Source: Escherichia phage Pollock
Length of the DNA stretch: 64,000 nt
Sequence record: NC_027381.1
Strand: one strand, 5' to 3'
In this document: positions 54,749 to 64,000 of the stretch, in pieces
Position numbering within the stretch: the stretch's first letter is position 1
Layout: each line of letters opens with the position of its first letter
Program-made: the position numbers and the translations under genes
The notes under the pieces: model-generated
What the model was told of the DNA's origin: nothing
What the model saw: the letters and a program-made list of their open reading frames with translations, nothing else
The model's database searches: none

Positions 54749-54917
54749 ACTTCCTGATTCAGCTTTTGCTGGTCCAGATAGGAGTTATCCGGTACATGAT
54801 AAAGCTCATGCAGCTAATGCTAAAGCTAGAGCAACACAGCAATATGAAGCAGGTAATCTCTCTAAGTCACAAAGAGATAAGATTCGAGCCAGAGCTAATA
54901 AAGTTTTATATGGTTAA
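54717..54917 (+). CDS. Small basic protein, 66 aa
   Basis: ORF followed by a strong bidirectional terminator. Confidence 0.35.
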   Translation: MAKLTSKQRNKLPDSAFAGPDRSYPVHDKAHAANAKARATQQYEAGNLSKSQRDKIRARANKVLYG

Positions 54918-54920
54918 AAT

Positions 54921-54946
54921 AAGCCCCCAAATAAGGGGGCTTTTTA
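54921..54946. terminator. Bidirectional terminator between the lysis cassette and tail fiber genes
   Basis: aagccccc-aaataa-gggggctt stem-loop with an A-run upstream and a T-run downstream. Confidence 0.7.
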
Positions 54947-54950
54947 TTAC

Positions 54951-57806
54951 TTACTTATTCTCAAGTGCATCTATTCTACTAACCAATACATTAACAGTTT
55001 CTGCTAATGAATCAATTTGATTAATAGTAGCTCTCAGACACCACCAAAGAAGTTCTTCTTTTCTAAAGCGATATCGAGTACCTGCTTCTAATGCAGGACG
55101 TACTAGAACTTTTTGAGATTCTCTTACAAGTACTAAGGTTGTACCACTTAATAGCTCTCCTTCATCAGAGTAGATAGCAGGTTGTACAGGTACTTCTTCA
55201 TACTCTGCTGGAATCTCTTCATATTCTGCTTCAACAGCATCCCAAGAATCTAAACAGAAAGCACTGTATTTTCTCCAATCCAGTCCATGTTTAGTCATGA
55301 TATCAATTGCTGCTTGCACAGTAGGACCAGAATGTAATCTGGCATCATCACCTTCTTCTTCAATTCGTTGTAACCATCTCCATACAGAAGGTAAACGAGC
55401 TATTTCTGCAAATGCAGCAATCTCTGATGAATTGATATCTCTTGGTTCATCTTTCAATGTTGCATCAGATACAACAGTCGGTGAATTATTAAAGTAAGCA
55501 TTACTGAATGCTTTACTAGAAGAACCAATATTATAGGTATTGTTAGTTGAAGGTAAGAAGTTACCTTTAATATCTGTATCCATCTGCATGAATGCAGTGC
55601 CGTTACTACGGGCTGCAATTACATAAGCGTCAGCAGAATCGTCATAAATACCCAGATTCCCGGATGTTGATACCTGGAAAGCTCCCGCCTTCAGCGTGGT
55701 ACTGATAGTCATGCGCTTCTGGGTTTTGTCATCCGATTTAATATTCACGCCCTGCAGGTATGCCACATTCCAGCGATTTGGCGATGACCCCAGATTCATT
55801 GCCTTGTCCTGGTCGGGATGAAATGACGGCGAGACCGGACTCAATAATACAGACCAGGTCTCGCTGCCATCGGTACAATAAAGCCTTGTGCGCCCCGCCG
55901 ACTGAGTATCGTTCATTGAGTAAAGGTTAATCCCGCCACCGCTCAACAAATTCACGTCAGCGCGTATTTCCAGACAATCGTGCACGGCGTTCAGGCGGTG
56001 TTTCCACTGAACGAAGCGGCCTGTGTATTCTCCGGTTCGGAACGCATCCCCGAACAAACGAAAAACAGCAGCAGAAGTGTCTGTATCCGGAGCCTCCTTT
56101 CTGACCTCAAATAACGGGCGATGCGAGCGCAGATTCTGCTCATAGGCTGCCACCTGGAAGTCTTCATTGGGTGACAGGGCAATATTTACAGCATTGGGAC
56201 ATAGAAAAAGACTGGCATGACTATCAGGATAAGCTACACCAAAAATTGAATACCCAGTACCATCATAAGGTTCTACAGAGACAATAGCTTTAGTACGCTT
56301 TGTTCTTGTACCACGAGTATAAGTCTTTGTTGAATCCCATTGACTTGCATTACTTGTTCCATAAGTAGTAGGTGTCCAATAAGTTGGGTTTACTGGAGAA
56401 TACCCGGAAAAATTAGCTGTTCTTGCAGCAAAGTATTTTCCTTCAAATAAAACAACATCTGCTGTGGCATACCAAAAATCCATATCAAGCAGATATAGTT
56501 TACCTTTATATAAAGCTAATCCTTCTGGTTCTTGTAAACATGGATAACCTAATTCTGCATTACCAAGCATTTTCTCACGTCCATACTTAGCACGCACACC
56601 ATCTACATTAAACCATCTAATAATCTCACCTGTGAATAAATTATAAATAACAATACGGTGGGTTAAGAAAACACCATTGTATCCATAATATACATATAGA
56701 TATTGGTCATCACTTGCCATCCCTTGGAAAGATTGAGCCACCATAGGGATATTATTTATATGAAATCTATATTTAAATGTTAAAGAAACACGGTCAAATA
56801 CATAAATTATACGGTGGTCATCTCTGTTATACTGTACGTGAACAGGCTCACCTATAGTTTCAATAACTAATGTTTTACCACTTTCAGATAATGCAAGTGT
56901 GATAATTTCATCGTTGTTATAGAAGTCTGATTTAAATACTTCTACTCTAGTAATATTTGATGTAGTAGTATCTCTTCCTTTCCAATTAATTATATTGATA
57001 CCTTTACTGTCTTCAGTAGGTAAATACAAAATTACACCACCATTCTCATATATAGCCCCGATACTCTGATGACCTATATCTTCAAATACTGGAGAGAAAG
57101 AAATAACAGTAGGGTTTTCATTGTCCCCTTCTGGATTAAATGTTGTTTCAACAATTCTAACTCCACCTGTTACTGGTTGATGGATAAACATACGTAAACC
57201 ATCTGGAGTTTCACAAATACAGAATCCCTGACTTAAATTTTCTGCACCTTCAAAAATTCCTGAATAATCAATATCATGTACAACTTTATGTTGTAGAGCT
57301 ATATTATCAACAATAGGGTTATGTGTTGCTAAAGTTCCTACAGGAACCCATGCACCAACATGAATACCTCCACTTTTTTCTGGAGTAGAATCTGGTTCAA
57401 CTACTTTAGGTAGTTCTCCATCCCATCTATATAAACCAGAAATACTTGTAAGTACTTCATTCTTAGTAGTTATAGTAGTTCCTGTAGTAAATGAACCAGG
57501 TACAGTTATAAACTCTTCTCGTTGTGCCCCTAATTCACCTAAATCTACAGAACCTTGTGAATGTACAAGTACAGCATCAGTACCAAGACTGATGGCAGTA
57601 GTACCAGAAGAAATGTCAGTAGGTAAGGAATAAGCTCTTTGTGTTGTCTTATCATAAATAACCTTATAACCACCTAAATCTACTCCTTCTGAGAAGTAGA
57701 CTACTTCACTCTGTTTAACACCAAACTTACGAGCAATAGCTTGTTTGTTGGTTAAGATTCCAGTTGAACCTCTACCACCTTGGCTGAACATTTCGTTCAT
57801 ATACAC
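54951..57806 (-). CDS. Tail fiber or tailspike with C-terminal intramolecular chaperone (peptidase S74-like) domain
   Basis: C-terminal region contains SDATLKDE (S-D-x-x-x-K cleavage-site motif) and DDARLHSGPTVQAAIDIM (S74-like core); contains a locally GC-rich internal segment. Confidence 0.6.
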   Translation of the reverse strand: MYMNEMFSQGGRGSTGILTNKQAIARKFGVKQSEVVYFSEGVDLGGYKVIYDKTTQRAYSLPTDISSGTTAISLGTDAVLVHSQGSVDLGELGAQREEFITVPGSFTTGTTITTKNEVLTSISGLYRWDGELPKVVEPDSTPEKSGGIHVGAWVPVGTLATHNPIVDNIALQHKVVHDIDYSGIFEGAENLSQGFCICETPDGLRMFIHQPVTGGVRIVETTFNPEGDNENPTVISFSPVFEDIGHQSIGAIYENGGVILYLPTEDSKGINIINWKGRDTTTSNITRVEVFKSDFYNNDEIITLALSESGKTLVIETIGEPVHVQYNRDDHRIIYVFDRVSLTFKYRFHINNIPMVAQSFQGMASDDQYLYVYYGYNGVFLTHRIVIYNLFTGEIIRWFNVDGVRAKYGREKMLGNAELGYPCLQEPEGLALYKGKLYLLDMDFWYATADVVLFEGKYFAARTANFSGYSPVNPTYWTPTTYGTSNASQWDSTKTYTRGTRTKRTKAIVSVEPYDGTGYSIFGVAYPDSHASLFLCPNAVNIALSPNEDFQVAAYEQNLRSHRPLFEVRKEAPDTDTSAAVFRLFGDAFRTGEYTGRFVQWKHRLNAVHDCLEIRADVNLLSGGGINLYSMNDTQSAGRTRLYCTDGSETWSVLLSPVSPSFHPDQDKAMNLGSSPNRWNVAYLQGVNIKSDDKTQKRMTISTTLKAGAFQVSTSGNLGIYDDSADAYVIAARSNGTAFMQMDTDIKGNFLPSTNNTYNIGSSSKAFSNAYFNNSPTVVSDATLKDEPRDINSSEIAAFAEIARLPSVWRWLQRIEEEGDDARLHSGPTVQAAIDIMTKHGLDWRKYSAFCLDSWDAVEAEYEEIPAEYEEVPVQPAIYSDEGELLSGTTLVLVRESQKVLVRPALEAGTRYRFRKEELLWWCLRATINQIDSLAETVNVLVSRIDALENK

Positions 57807-57852
57807 CTCTTTGTTTTTCTAAAAAAATCCCCTCCGAAGAGGGGAGTAAAGC

Positions 57853-60800
57853 TTAGTAAAATTTCTTTTCAGTAGAAGATTCTAAAACAGAAAGACGTTC
57901 TTCTATTCTTTCTAATCTTCTGCGTAGATAAGCAGCCTCAAGCCATAAGCATTGGTCTGCACGTATTCCCCAACGATTACCAGCCTCTCTTACGAGAACT
58001 TTTTCACCAGTATCATATTCTTCCTCTACTTCTGTTTCCACACCATCAATAATGGTAGATACTTTTCTAGTTGCTAATACTGGCTCATAAGAGTCTTCCC
58101 ATTCGTCATAACAAAGAAGACCAAATTTAGTTCCATCTAAACCATGAGCAAGGAAAGCATCTCTTACCTGTTGAGCTATTACACCAAAATGCCAACGAGC
58201 ATCATCATTTTTAAGTTTGATAGCAGAGAGCCAACGGAAAGCTATGATTCTTACATCTTCCCAAGCATCCAGAATTGCATCTCCATCATATTCTGAAGAC
58301 AGAGATGAGCTAAGTTCACTGGTAGTTACTGGCTCTGTTTTCTCTCTTTCATCAGATGTATTTATTGTTCCAGATACAGCATAAACCTGAGTAGGTCTAT
58401 TATCTGCAACACCAAGACTATAGGAGTTATCCAGATAAGGATGCCAATGACCATTTGGACTTACTTTCCATCTCCATGTGTCATTACTTCCCAAATGTAA
58501 ATCAGCTCCATTTGCAGCCATTAAAGCTACATTGGAAGTGCTCATGTACATCTGGAAATAACCAACGCCTTTTCTCTGCCATTCATAAAGCAAGCCTGTT
58601 TCCTGTTCGTTGTTGAACTTTAATGCTTTTATAGGTGAATTTTCTCCCCATGTTGTATCACCCGAATAAATTACATGAGGAACCACCTCAGGATTATCAG
58701 AGATACATATTTCTTTAGATGGTAGAGATAGCGTTCTTTTATCTCCTGCACCAAGCGCATAAATCAGAATGGTGCGTCTGGTTGCCCCCATAACATCAGA
58801 ATGCTCAGATACTATTGTTACCGATGGATATAGAACACCATCGTAATCAACAAAATGCATTCCTTCTGATTCACGGAATGTAGGAGTAGAACCAATGATT
58901 CTAGGTAAATCAGTATCACCTAAATCAGAGATAGCTTTCCGTACATCATTACCTAACAAGTCACAACTGGATAAGTACTGGGTTTGTCCAAATGTAATAT
59001 TCCCGCAATACATATACAGATGCGAGCCATCAGAACAAAATCCACTAAGTGATGTGGTTTCATCACCACCGACTTGTGAAAGTTGAAGAGTAAACTCATG
59101 AGTACACATAGATGAATAATCACCTTGTGTATCAAAAATATCTGTAGAGAAAATGCGGAATGTTTGATTGTTGTAGTCAGCATTATCAGTAAATCTAACA
59201 ATCAACCATTTACCATCAAGAGAAATAGTAGGTGTAGTTGAGCTACCTGCTGTACGAGTTTCTTCTACAACTCTAAACAATTCAGGCGCATCAATTTCAC
59301 CGTCTGTGTTACTTCTCCAAGAAAATCTAACAATCCCGTGAGAACCGCCTACAGAAAAATCAAAATCAGTATGGGTAGTAGAACCTGCTGGTGTATCTGG
59401 TGCTGTAGTCCATAACTTAATTGCATTATTTAAATTCTGTACTGCTATACCCTGATGACCCAATCTGTCTTCAGGTAACATAAAGTCAGTAGAACTATTA
59501 ATAATTCTTGAGTCAGCAGAATACTTATTCCAGATAGAAACAGTAGTGGCATTACCATCTATTTCTGTATTGTGGTTAGAGTAATAAGCCCTATCTACAG
59601 GGTCATATGTGAATGTCTGTAGTGTTCTTATTTGTCCACGACCCTGAGCAATAGGAATGAATCTTACTGCTGAATTAGATTCTCGACCTATAGTATAAAC
59701 ATCCCATGCTGGCTTCTTATTAGTAAGAAGCTCCCCATTCATAGGAATGGATTTTCCGTTTATAAGCCAAGTACCATTAATATAGATATTTTTAAAGAAG
59801 GTTTTAGTAGTGGCATATACTTTGCCATCCATATCTATAACCTTGGATGTAACATCTGATTCTAGTTGCTCAAATGCACTAGTATCATCAGTAACACCAT
59901 TACCTACTATTCCCCATGCACGAGGGTCATACTCATCTTTCCAACGAGCTATCTGTAAATCAGGATATAAAGTAGCACCATCAGGATTACTAATTTTATC
60001 CTGAAGGTCTAAACCAGTAATTACTTCATCTAAGATAACTACTACGTTACCGGGAGTATAAGTAAGTTTTCCATCTGCTACTGTAGAGATATAAACATTT
60101 CTTAAAGCAGTAGGTAACCTATAGATTTTCTGTTCATCTACAGAATAGATAATAGTTTTATTATCTAATGCCTGACTGGTATTAGTACTTAAAATTACTT
60201 CTGAATTTTTTACATTAGTGGCTCTTGCTACCTCTTGAATAGTACGGTCAGCAATCTCAATAACTTCTTGCTCACCTCCAATCTGAATAATCAAACGGTC
60301 ATTAGCAACCAATGGTTCAGTAAGAGTAATGGTTTGAGCATTAGCATCTACAAAGTAGGATTGAGTTTGTAATCCCTTATAGAATCTCAAACCATTCTTA
60401 AATACCGCAGGAATATCCTGAAAGGTATATGGAATATTGATAGTAGTTTCACCACCAACAGCAGCACCTTCATTGTATAACCAGTTAAAAATAGTCCAGT
60501 TATCAATATTTGGATTATCAGGTACAGCAGGAGTACCACTAAGAAGTAAAACTACTTCATCTCCTTCCTCTAAAGCTTGAGATAATGTAACCAAGTTATT
60601 GGAAATAGAGAATTGAAATCCATAACCAACAGATTGCATGTAGCCATTAACAATAATAAATGGAACACTTACAGTTCCATTGGGTACTGTAATAGTAGTT
60701 TCTCCACCTAAAGCAAAGCCACTCTTATAAACATAAGGAATGTAGGAACCACCACCATTTCCACCAGACGAGGATGTACCTACAACAATCCAACTACCTG

Positions 60801-61119
60801 TAGCTCCAGATTCATTAGGAATGATTCCAGAAGTATCGTTTTCTACATACAAATAATCTGTATAGATTATGTAACTAGAATCAAAAGTATTATAGATACG
60901 TGCATACTTGACAGATACAGGAAGTGCTTTTAATTCATCTTCTGAAGTAACACAAATAAGTACTCCATACTTATTTAGAAATTCATAGATAAAGTGAATT
61001 TCTCCTAAGCTATCATATACAGCTTTAACTACGTCATATGCTGTACCAATAAACTTTTCTACTAATGGAGCATTGTTACCACAACAAGTATTAGTAGTTC
61101 TGATTGACATTATACCCAT
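57853..61119 (-). CDS. Tail fiber or tailspike with C-terminal intramolecular chaperone (peptidase S74-like) domain
   Basis: C-terminal SDEREKTE motif and DDARWHFGVIAQQVRDAF (matches the G-x-IAQEV core of S74 chaperone domains); 1088 aa, Gly/Thr/Ser-rich. Confidence 0.65.
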   Translation of the reverse strand: MGIMSIRTTNTCCGNNAPLVEKFIGTAYDVVKAVYDSLGEIHFIYEFLNKYGVLICVTSEDELKALPVSVKYARIYNTFDSSYIIYTDYLYVENDTSGIIPNESGATGSWIVVGTSSSGGNGGGSYIPYVYKSGFALGGETTITVPNGTVSVPFIIVNGYMQSVGYGFQFSISNNLVTLSQALEEGDEVVLLLSGTPAVPDNPNIDNWTIFNWLYNEGAAVGGETTINIPYTFQDIPAVFKNGLRFYKGLQTQSYFVDANAQTITLTEPLVANDRLIIQIGGEQEVIEIADRTIQEVARATNVKNSEVILSTNTSQALDNKTIIYSVDEQKIYRLPTALRNVYISTVADGKLTYTPGNVVVILDEVITGLDLQDKISNPDGATLYPDLQIARWKDEYDPRAWGIVGNGVTDDTSAFEQLESDVTSKVIDMDGKVYATTKTFFKNIYINGTWLINGKSIPMNGELLTNKKPAWDVYTIGRESNSAVRFIPIAQGRGQIRTLQTFTYDPVDRAYYSNHNTEIDGNATTVSIWNKYSADSRIINSSTDFMLPEDRLGHQGIAVQNLNNAIKLWTTAPDTPAGSTTHTDFDFSVGGSHGIVRFSWRSNTDGEIDAPELFRVVEETRTAGSSTTPTISLDGKWLIVRFTDNADYNNQTFRIFSTDIFDTQGDYSSMCTHEFTLQLSQVGGDETTSLSGFCSDGSHLYMYCGNITFGQTQYLSSCDLLGNDVRKAISDLGDTDLPRIIGSTPTFRESEGMHFVDYDGVLYPSVTIVSEHSDVMGATRRTILIYALGAGDKRTLSLPSKEICISDNPEVVPHVIYSGDTTWGENSPIKALKFNNEQETGLLYEWQRKGVGYFQMYMSTSNVALMAANGADLHLGSNDTWRWKVSPNGHWHPYLDNSYSLGVADNRPTQVYAVSGTINTSDEREKTEPVTTSELSSSLSSEYDGDAILDAWEDVRIIAFRWLSAIKLKNDDARWHFGVIAQQVRDAFLAHGLDGTKFGLLCYDEWEDSYEPVLATRKVSTIIDGVETEVEEEYDTGEKVLVREAGNRWGIRADQCLWLEAAYLRRRLERIEERLSVLESSTEKKFY

Positions 61120-61814
61120 CCTCTCATTTCAGGCTTCATATTAGATTGACCAATGTAAGCATTGTTCAAATCCAAATCCTCTATTCTCTTACACTCTGCT
61201 TCATATCTTTGAGACCATTCAACACCTTTAGCAGCAGTCTCTTGATTTGGTGAGTTAGAGTACAGTTGAGATGCAATGTAATAAGTAAGAGCTTTTTCAT
61301 GACTAGCAGGAATACGAATATCAGTATTTAAATCTGTAGTATCCAAAGGAATCTTTGGATGATTGGCTCTATACGTAACAAACAATGCATTAGTTTCGAT
61401 AGGAGATACTATCTGAATACAATCAAATGATGGAGTCATGATTGAACCACATTGAGGTTCATCATTTAAATAGAGGCAACAACCTACTTCACTAAAAACA
61501 CTCTCTACTCTAATTACATCCTCAGAGAATCTGTCAAAAGGAGTATCTTTAATGTATTTATATGGTTCAGTAGATTCAGTATTCATTTCAGCATACTGAA
61601 CTCTTAGATAGTATTTACTAATGTGTTCATACTGCTGAATGATTACTTCCTTTTCTAGTAAAGGAAATCTTGTATGTAATGCAGTTAAGCCTGCATTAAG
61701 TTGAGCAATAATTTTAGGATAATCTTGTTCACGAATACCCTCTCCATTATTACCTACCCTAATCAGGCTTAACTCACCTACAGACAGCATCTGGAATAGT
61801 TCAGATAATTTCAT
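61110..61814 (-). CDS. Hypothetical virion or assembly protein, 234 aa
   Basis: ORF between the terminase and tail fiber genes; position only. Confidence 0.4.
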   Translation of the reverse strand: MKLSELFQMLSVGELSLIRVGNNGEGIREQDYPKIIAQLNAGLTALHTRFPLLEKEVIIQQYEHISKYYLRVQYAEMNTESTEPYKYIKDTPFDRFSEDVIRVESVFSEVGCCLYLNDEPQCGSIMTPSFDCIQIVSPIETNALFVTYRANHPKIPLDTTDLNTDIRIPASHEKALTYYIASQLYSNSPNQETAAKGVEWSQRYEAECKRIEDLDLNNAYIGQSNMKPEMRGWV

Positions 61815-61857
61815 AATGTAGTCCCATAAATTAATGTCGCTACATTATATGCTTAAC

Positions 61858-63480
61858 CTAAACCAGATAACTATCAATTCCATTGGTTTGATGAGGTGTA
61901 GACATATCCCATATACTATCTTCTTGTACGGCTCCTGAGATGCCCTGAGATGGTTTCCACACCTTCAAACAAGACAACATACTGATGGTATCAATGAAGT
62001 CATCATGCTTACTTTTAAAGCCTTCTACAGTAGCCATACGAAGTTCATCCATAGCTTCAAGCATGATTTTTTCTTCCTTCATTTCTTCAGGGAAGTAAAA
62101 CTTACCTGTTTTAAACCAAGGAAGTACTGTATTGAATCTCACCATCTTATTGGTATTAGGTCTAATACCCGGTCTATTGTTATTGCCTTCAGAAGCAAAG
62201 TTAAACCAGATATTACGTCTCATCATCTCATCCTGAAGTAGAGGGATGAATCCACCTTGTTGACCTGTAACTTCAATACCTACAGATTGAGGTTGGTATT
62301 CAACTACCAATCTAAATAAATCATCGAAGTTTTTATCCATAAGCTGACGTCTACAGATACCATCAACCCAGAACCAGTCACCATTACTATTGATAGCCCA
62401 TACAGATATTACAGAGAAGTCTGCTGATTGCTTATCAGAGGTAGCAAAGTCAGTAGTGATATAAAAATTAAAATGCCCTCTATTCAGTAGTAGAGATTTA
62501 CGTTTATACCACTGAATATCTGACTCAAGAATTAGTCGTTCTTCATCAGAAGTAATACGTAACATCAATTCTTGGTTAAATGCAGCTACCTGTCCTGTAG
62601 ATACAGCAAGGTCATACTGACCTTTAACAAAGTCATAAGAGAATCTGTCTTCCCATGCTCCTACAAATTCTTCTCTCGTACATGGGAATTTCTCACATAT
62701 TGGGAATACGTTGACGTACCAACCCCCAGACTCAACAGCTTCATAAAGAATATCGTTCTTGTTAAAGGGTGTGCCACTGAAAACAATTTTTCTACGAGTA
62801 GGGTCAAGAGCATAGTCTACTCCTTTATACACAGTATCTTTAATTGCCTGCATTGTGCTCTTAGATTTAGCATCATCATCACTAACCAAATCATCAAGCA
62901 CAGCTAAAACAGGACGTTTACCAAAGATTTTAGTACCACGTAAACCAGTTTTAGCACCAAACATACGAACACCTAACTTATGTCCATCAGCATTAGTAAA
63001 TTCTAAGTAGGCATCAGTGAATTTAGCTTCAGGAATGTACTTCTGAAGAAATTCAGAGTTGTTATAGCGATATTCGATGTTTTTTCTTAATGATTTAACC
63101 CCGTTTTCCATAGAATCCGAGATATAAATCATACCCTCGATTTCACCAAATCCATCAATTTCACCATAAAGTGCTATGTATAAAACTAGATACTCACCAA
63201 ATAGAGTAGTTTTAGCCATACCACGAGAACATAGATTAGCTAATCGAGTACGTTTACCTGCTAATTCATCTAACATCTTAAGATGAACTACAGGAGTTAG
63301 ATTTGACTCTCCTGCTTCACCATTAACTAACTTAATAAAGTTAACGTAATTAAGTGCGAATACAGAAGGAACATAATTTCCAGAGTTCAAGGAAGCATAA
63401 TCGACAGAATTAAGCCATTCCTCTACTGTCTTTTTAACCATTGGGTCTTCTTTAATCGACACGTTCTGATTCCCCATCAA
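61858..63480 (-). CDS. Terminase large subunit
   Basis: Walker A-like CSRGMAKTT, Walker B-like VLAVLDDL, C-terminal RNase H-like nuclease acidic residues (ITTDFATSD, KHDDFIDT). Confidence 0.75.
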   Translation of the reverse strand: MMGNQNVSIKEDPMVKKTVEEWLNSVDYASLNSGNYVPSVFALNYVNFIKLVNGEAGESNLTPVVHLKMLDELAGKRTRLANLCSRGMAKTTLFGEYLVLYIALYGEIDGFGEIEGMIYISDSMENGVKSLRKNIEYRYNNSEFLQKYIPEAKFTDAYLEFTNADGHKLGVRMFGAKTGLRGTKIFGKRPVLAVLDDLVSDDDAKSKSTMQAIKDTVYKGVDYALDPTRRKIVFSGTPFNKNDILYEAVESGGWYVNVFPICEKFPCTREEFVGAWEDRFSYDFVKGQYDLAVSTGQVAAFNQELMLRITSDEERLILESDIQWYKRKSLLLNRGHFNFYITTDFATSDKQSADFSVISVWAINSNGDWFWVDGICRRQLMDKNFDDLFRLVVEYQPQSVGIEVTGQQGGFIPLLQDEMMRRNIWFNFASEGNNNRPGIRPNTNKMVRFNTVLPWFKTGKFYFPEEMKEEKIMLEAMDELRMATVEGFKSKHDDFIDTISMLSCLKVWKPSQGISGAVQEDSIWDMSTPHQTNGIDSYLV

Positions 63481-63988
63481 TTATTAGTTTAGTATGAGCA
63501 ACTTCTTTAGCGGAATACAAACCACCTTCAATGAGTTGTTGCTGCTTCGCAGCTAATCTTGAAGTTATTTCTCTTAATTCATTAATAACTCCACCTTCCT
63601 GAATACCAACATTGAGTTCAATCTTACTGGCTTCAGGACGTTTAAGATGATTAAGCAATGAGTTGGCTGCATCACATCTAACTTTTTCACTTTTAGCTGT
63701 CAACATTAAATCAGCTTGTACATTAATAGCTTTCTGGAATATGTCAGCATTAAGTACATGAGTTGGAACCAAAGTTTGCTCATAAATTAAATTAACTAAT
63801 TTATTTTTATTATATGCAGATACATAACAATGAATGTCCTTAGTAGGAGTATTGTTATTTAAGAAGTTCTGATATCTATCAGGGAATGTTTTTATGTAAG
63901 CTTCAAAGTTAGTGTGTCCCATCAGTTTAAAACTTACGTACTTAACAGCAGAGATATAGTCTTCAATCTTAAACCTACCTTCTTTCAT
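63452..63988 (-). CDS. Hypothetical protein upstream of large terminase (possible small terminase; may extend beyond called start)
   Basis: ORF immediately upstream of and overlapping the terminase large subunit start; near the window edge. Confidence 0.35.
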   Translation of the reverse strand: MKEGRFKIEDYISAVKYVSFKLMGHTNFEAYIKTFPDRYQNFLNNNTPTKDIHCYVSAYNKNKLVNLIYEQTLVPTHVLNADIFQKAINVQADLMLTAKSEKVRCDAANSLLNHLKRPEASKIELNVGIQEGGVINELREITSRLAAKQQQLIEGGLYSAKEVAHTKLIIDGESERVD

Positions 63989-64000
63989 GACATGGGTATA

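Noticed and set aside
55991-56182. Minus-strand 63-aa ORF inside the GC-rich block of the tail fiber gene
   Set aside because: Contained in an alternate frame of the tail fiber gene; GC-rich sequence commonly yields open alternative frames.
1-64000. tRNA genes, rRNA genes, CRISPR arrays, integrase or transposase
   Set aside because: No cloverleaf-like GC-rich segments with TTCGA-type T-loop motifs, no repeat-spacer arrays, and no recombinase motifs were seen by eye; N4-like phages are lytic. A tRNA search program would be needed for certainty.

Overview
This window reads as most of an N4-like (Schitoviridae-type) podophage genome, visibly AT-rich, starting near the left (early) end. Calls are from reading the sequence and ORF track by eye; no searches were run. 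Plus strand 1..31.8 kb holds early and middle genes: four copies of a hairpin promoter-like motif, many small early ORFs including a tandem family of at least eight Cys-rich paralogs, a macro-domain protein, a two-subunit T7-like RNA polymerase, dUTPase, a TerB-like protein, a MoxR-like ATPase with its VWA partner, two further AAA+ ATPases, a phosphatase, an SF1 helicase, a family A DNA polymerase, ThyX, and replication/recombination proteins. Minus strand 31.9..52.9 kb and 55.0..64.0 kb holds the late genes: a 3537-aa virion RNA polymerase, virion proteins, major capsid, portal, two tail fibers with C-terminal self-cleaving chaperone domains, and large terminase. A plus-strand lysis cassette (holin candidates, GH24 endolysin, Rz with embedded Rz1) sits between portal and tail fibers. 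Most notable: (1) the MoxR-like ATPase gene is interrupted by two group I introns, both with recognisable P/Q/R/S core elements, one carrying an HNH homing endonuclease; (2) the DNA polymerase gene is split between motifs A and B by a second HNH endonuclease ORF; (3) the Cys-rich paralog array interleaved with the macro-domain gene and the RNAP subunit genes; (4) a locally GC-rich mosaic block inside one tail fiber gene. No tRNA, rRNA, CRISPR array or integrase was recognised.
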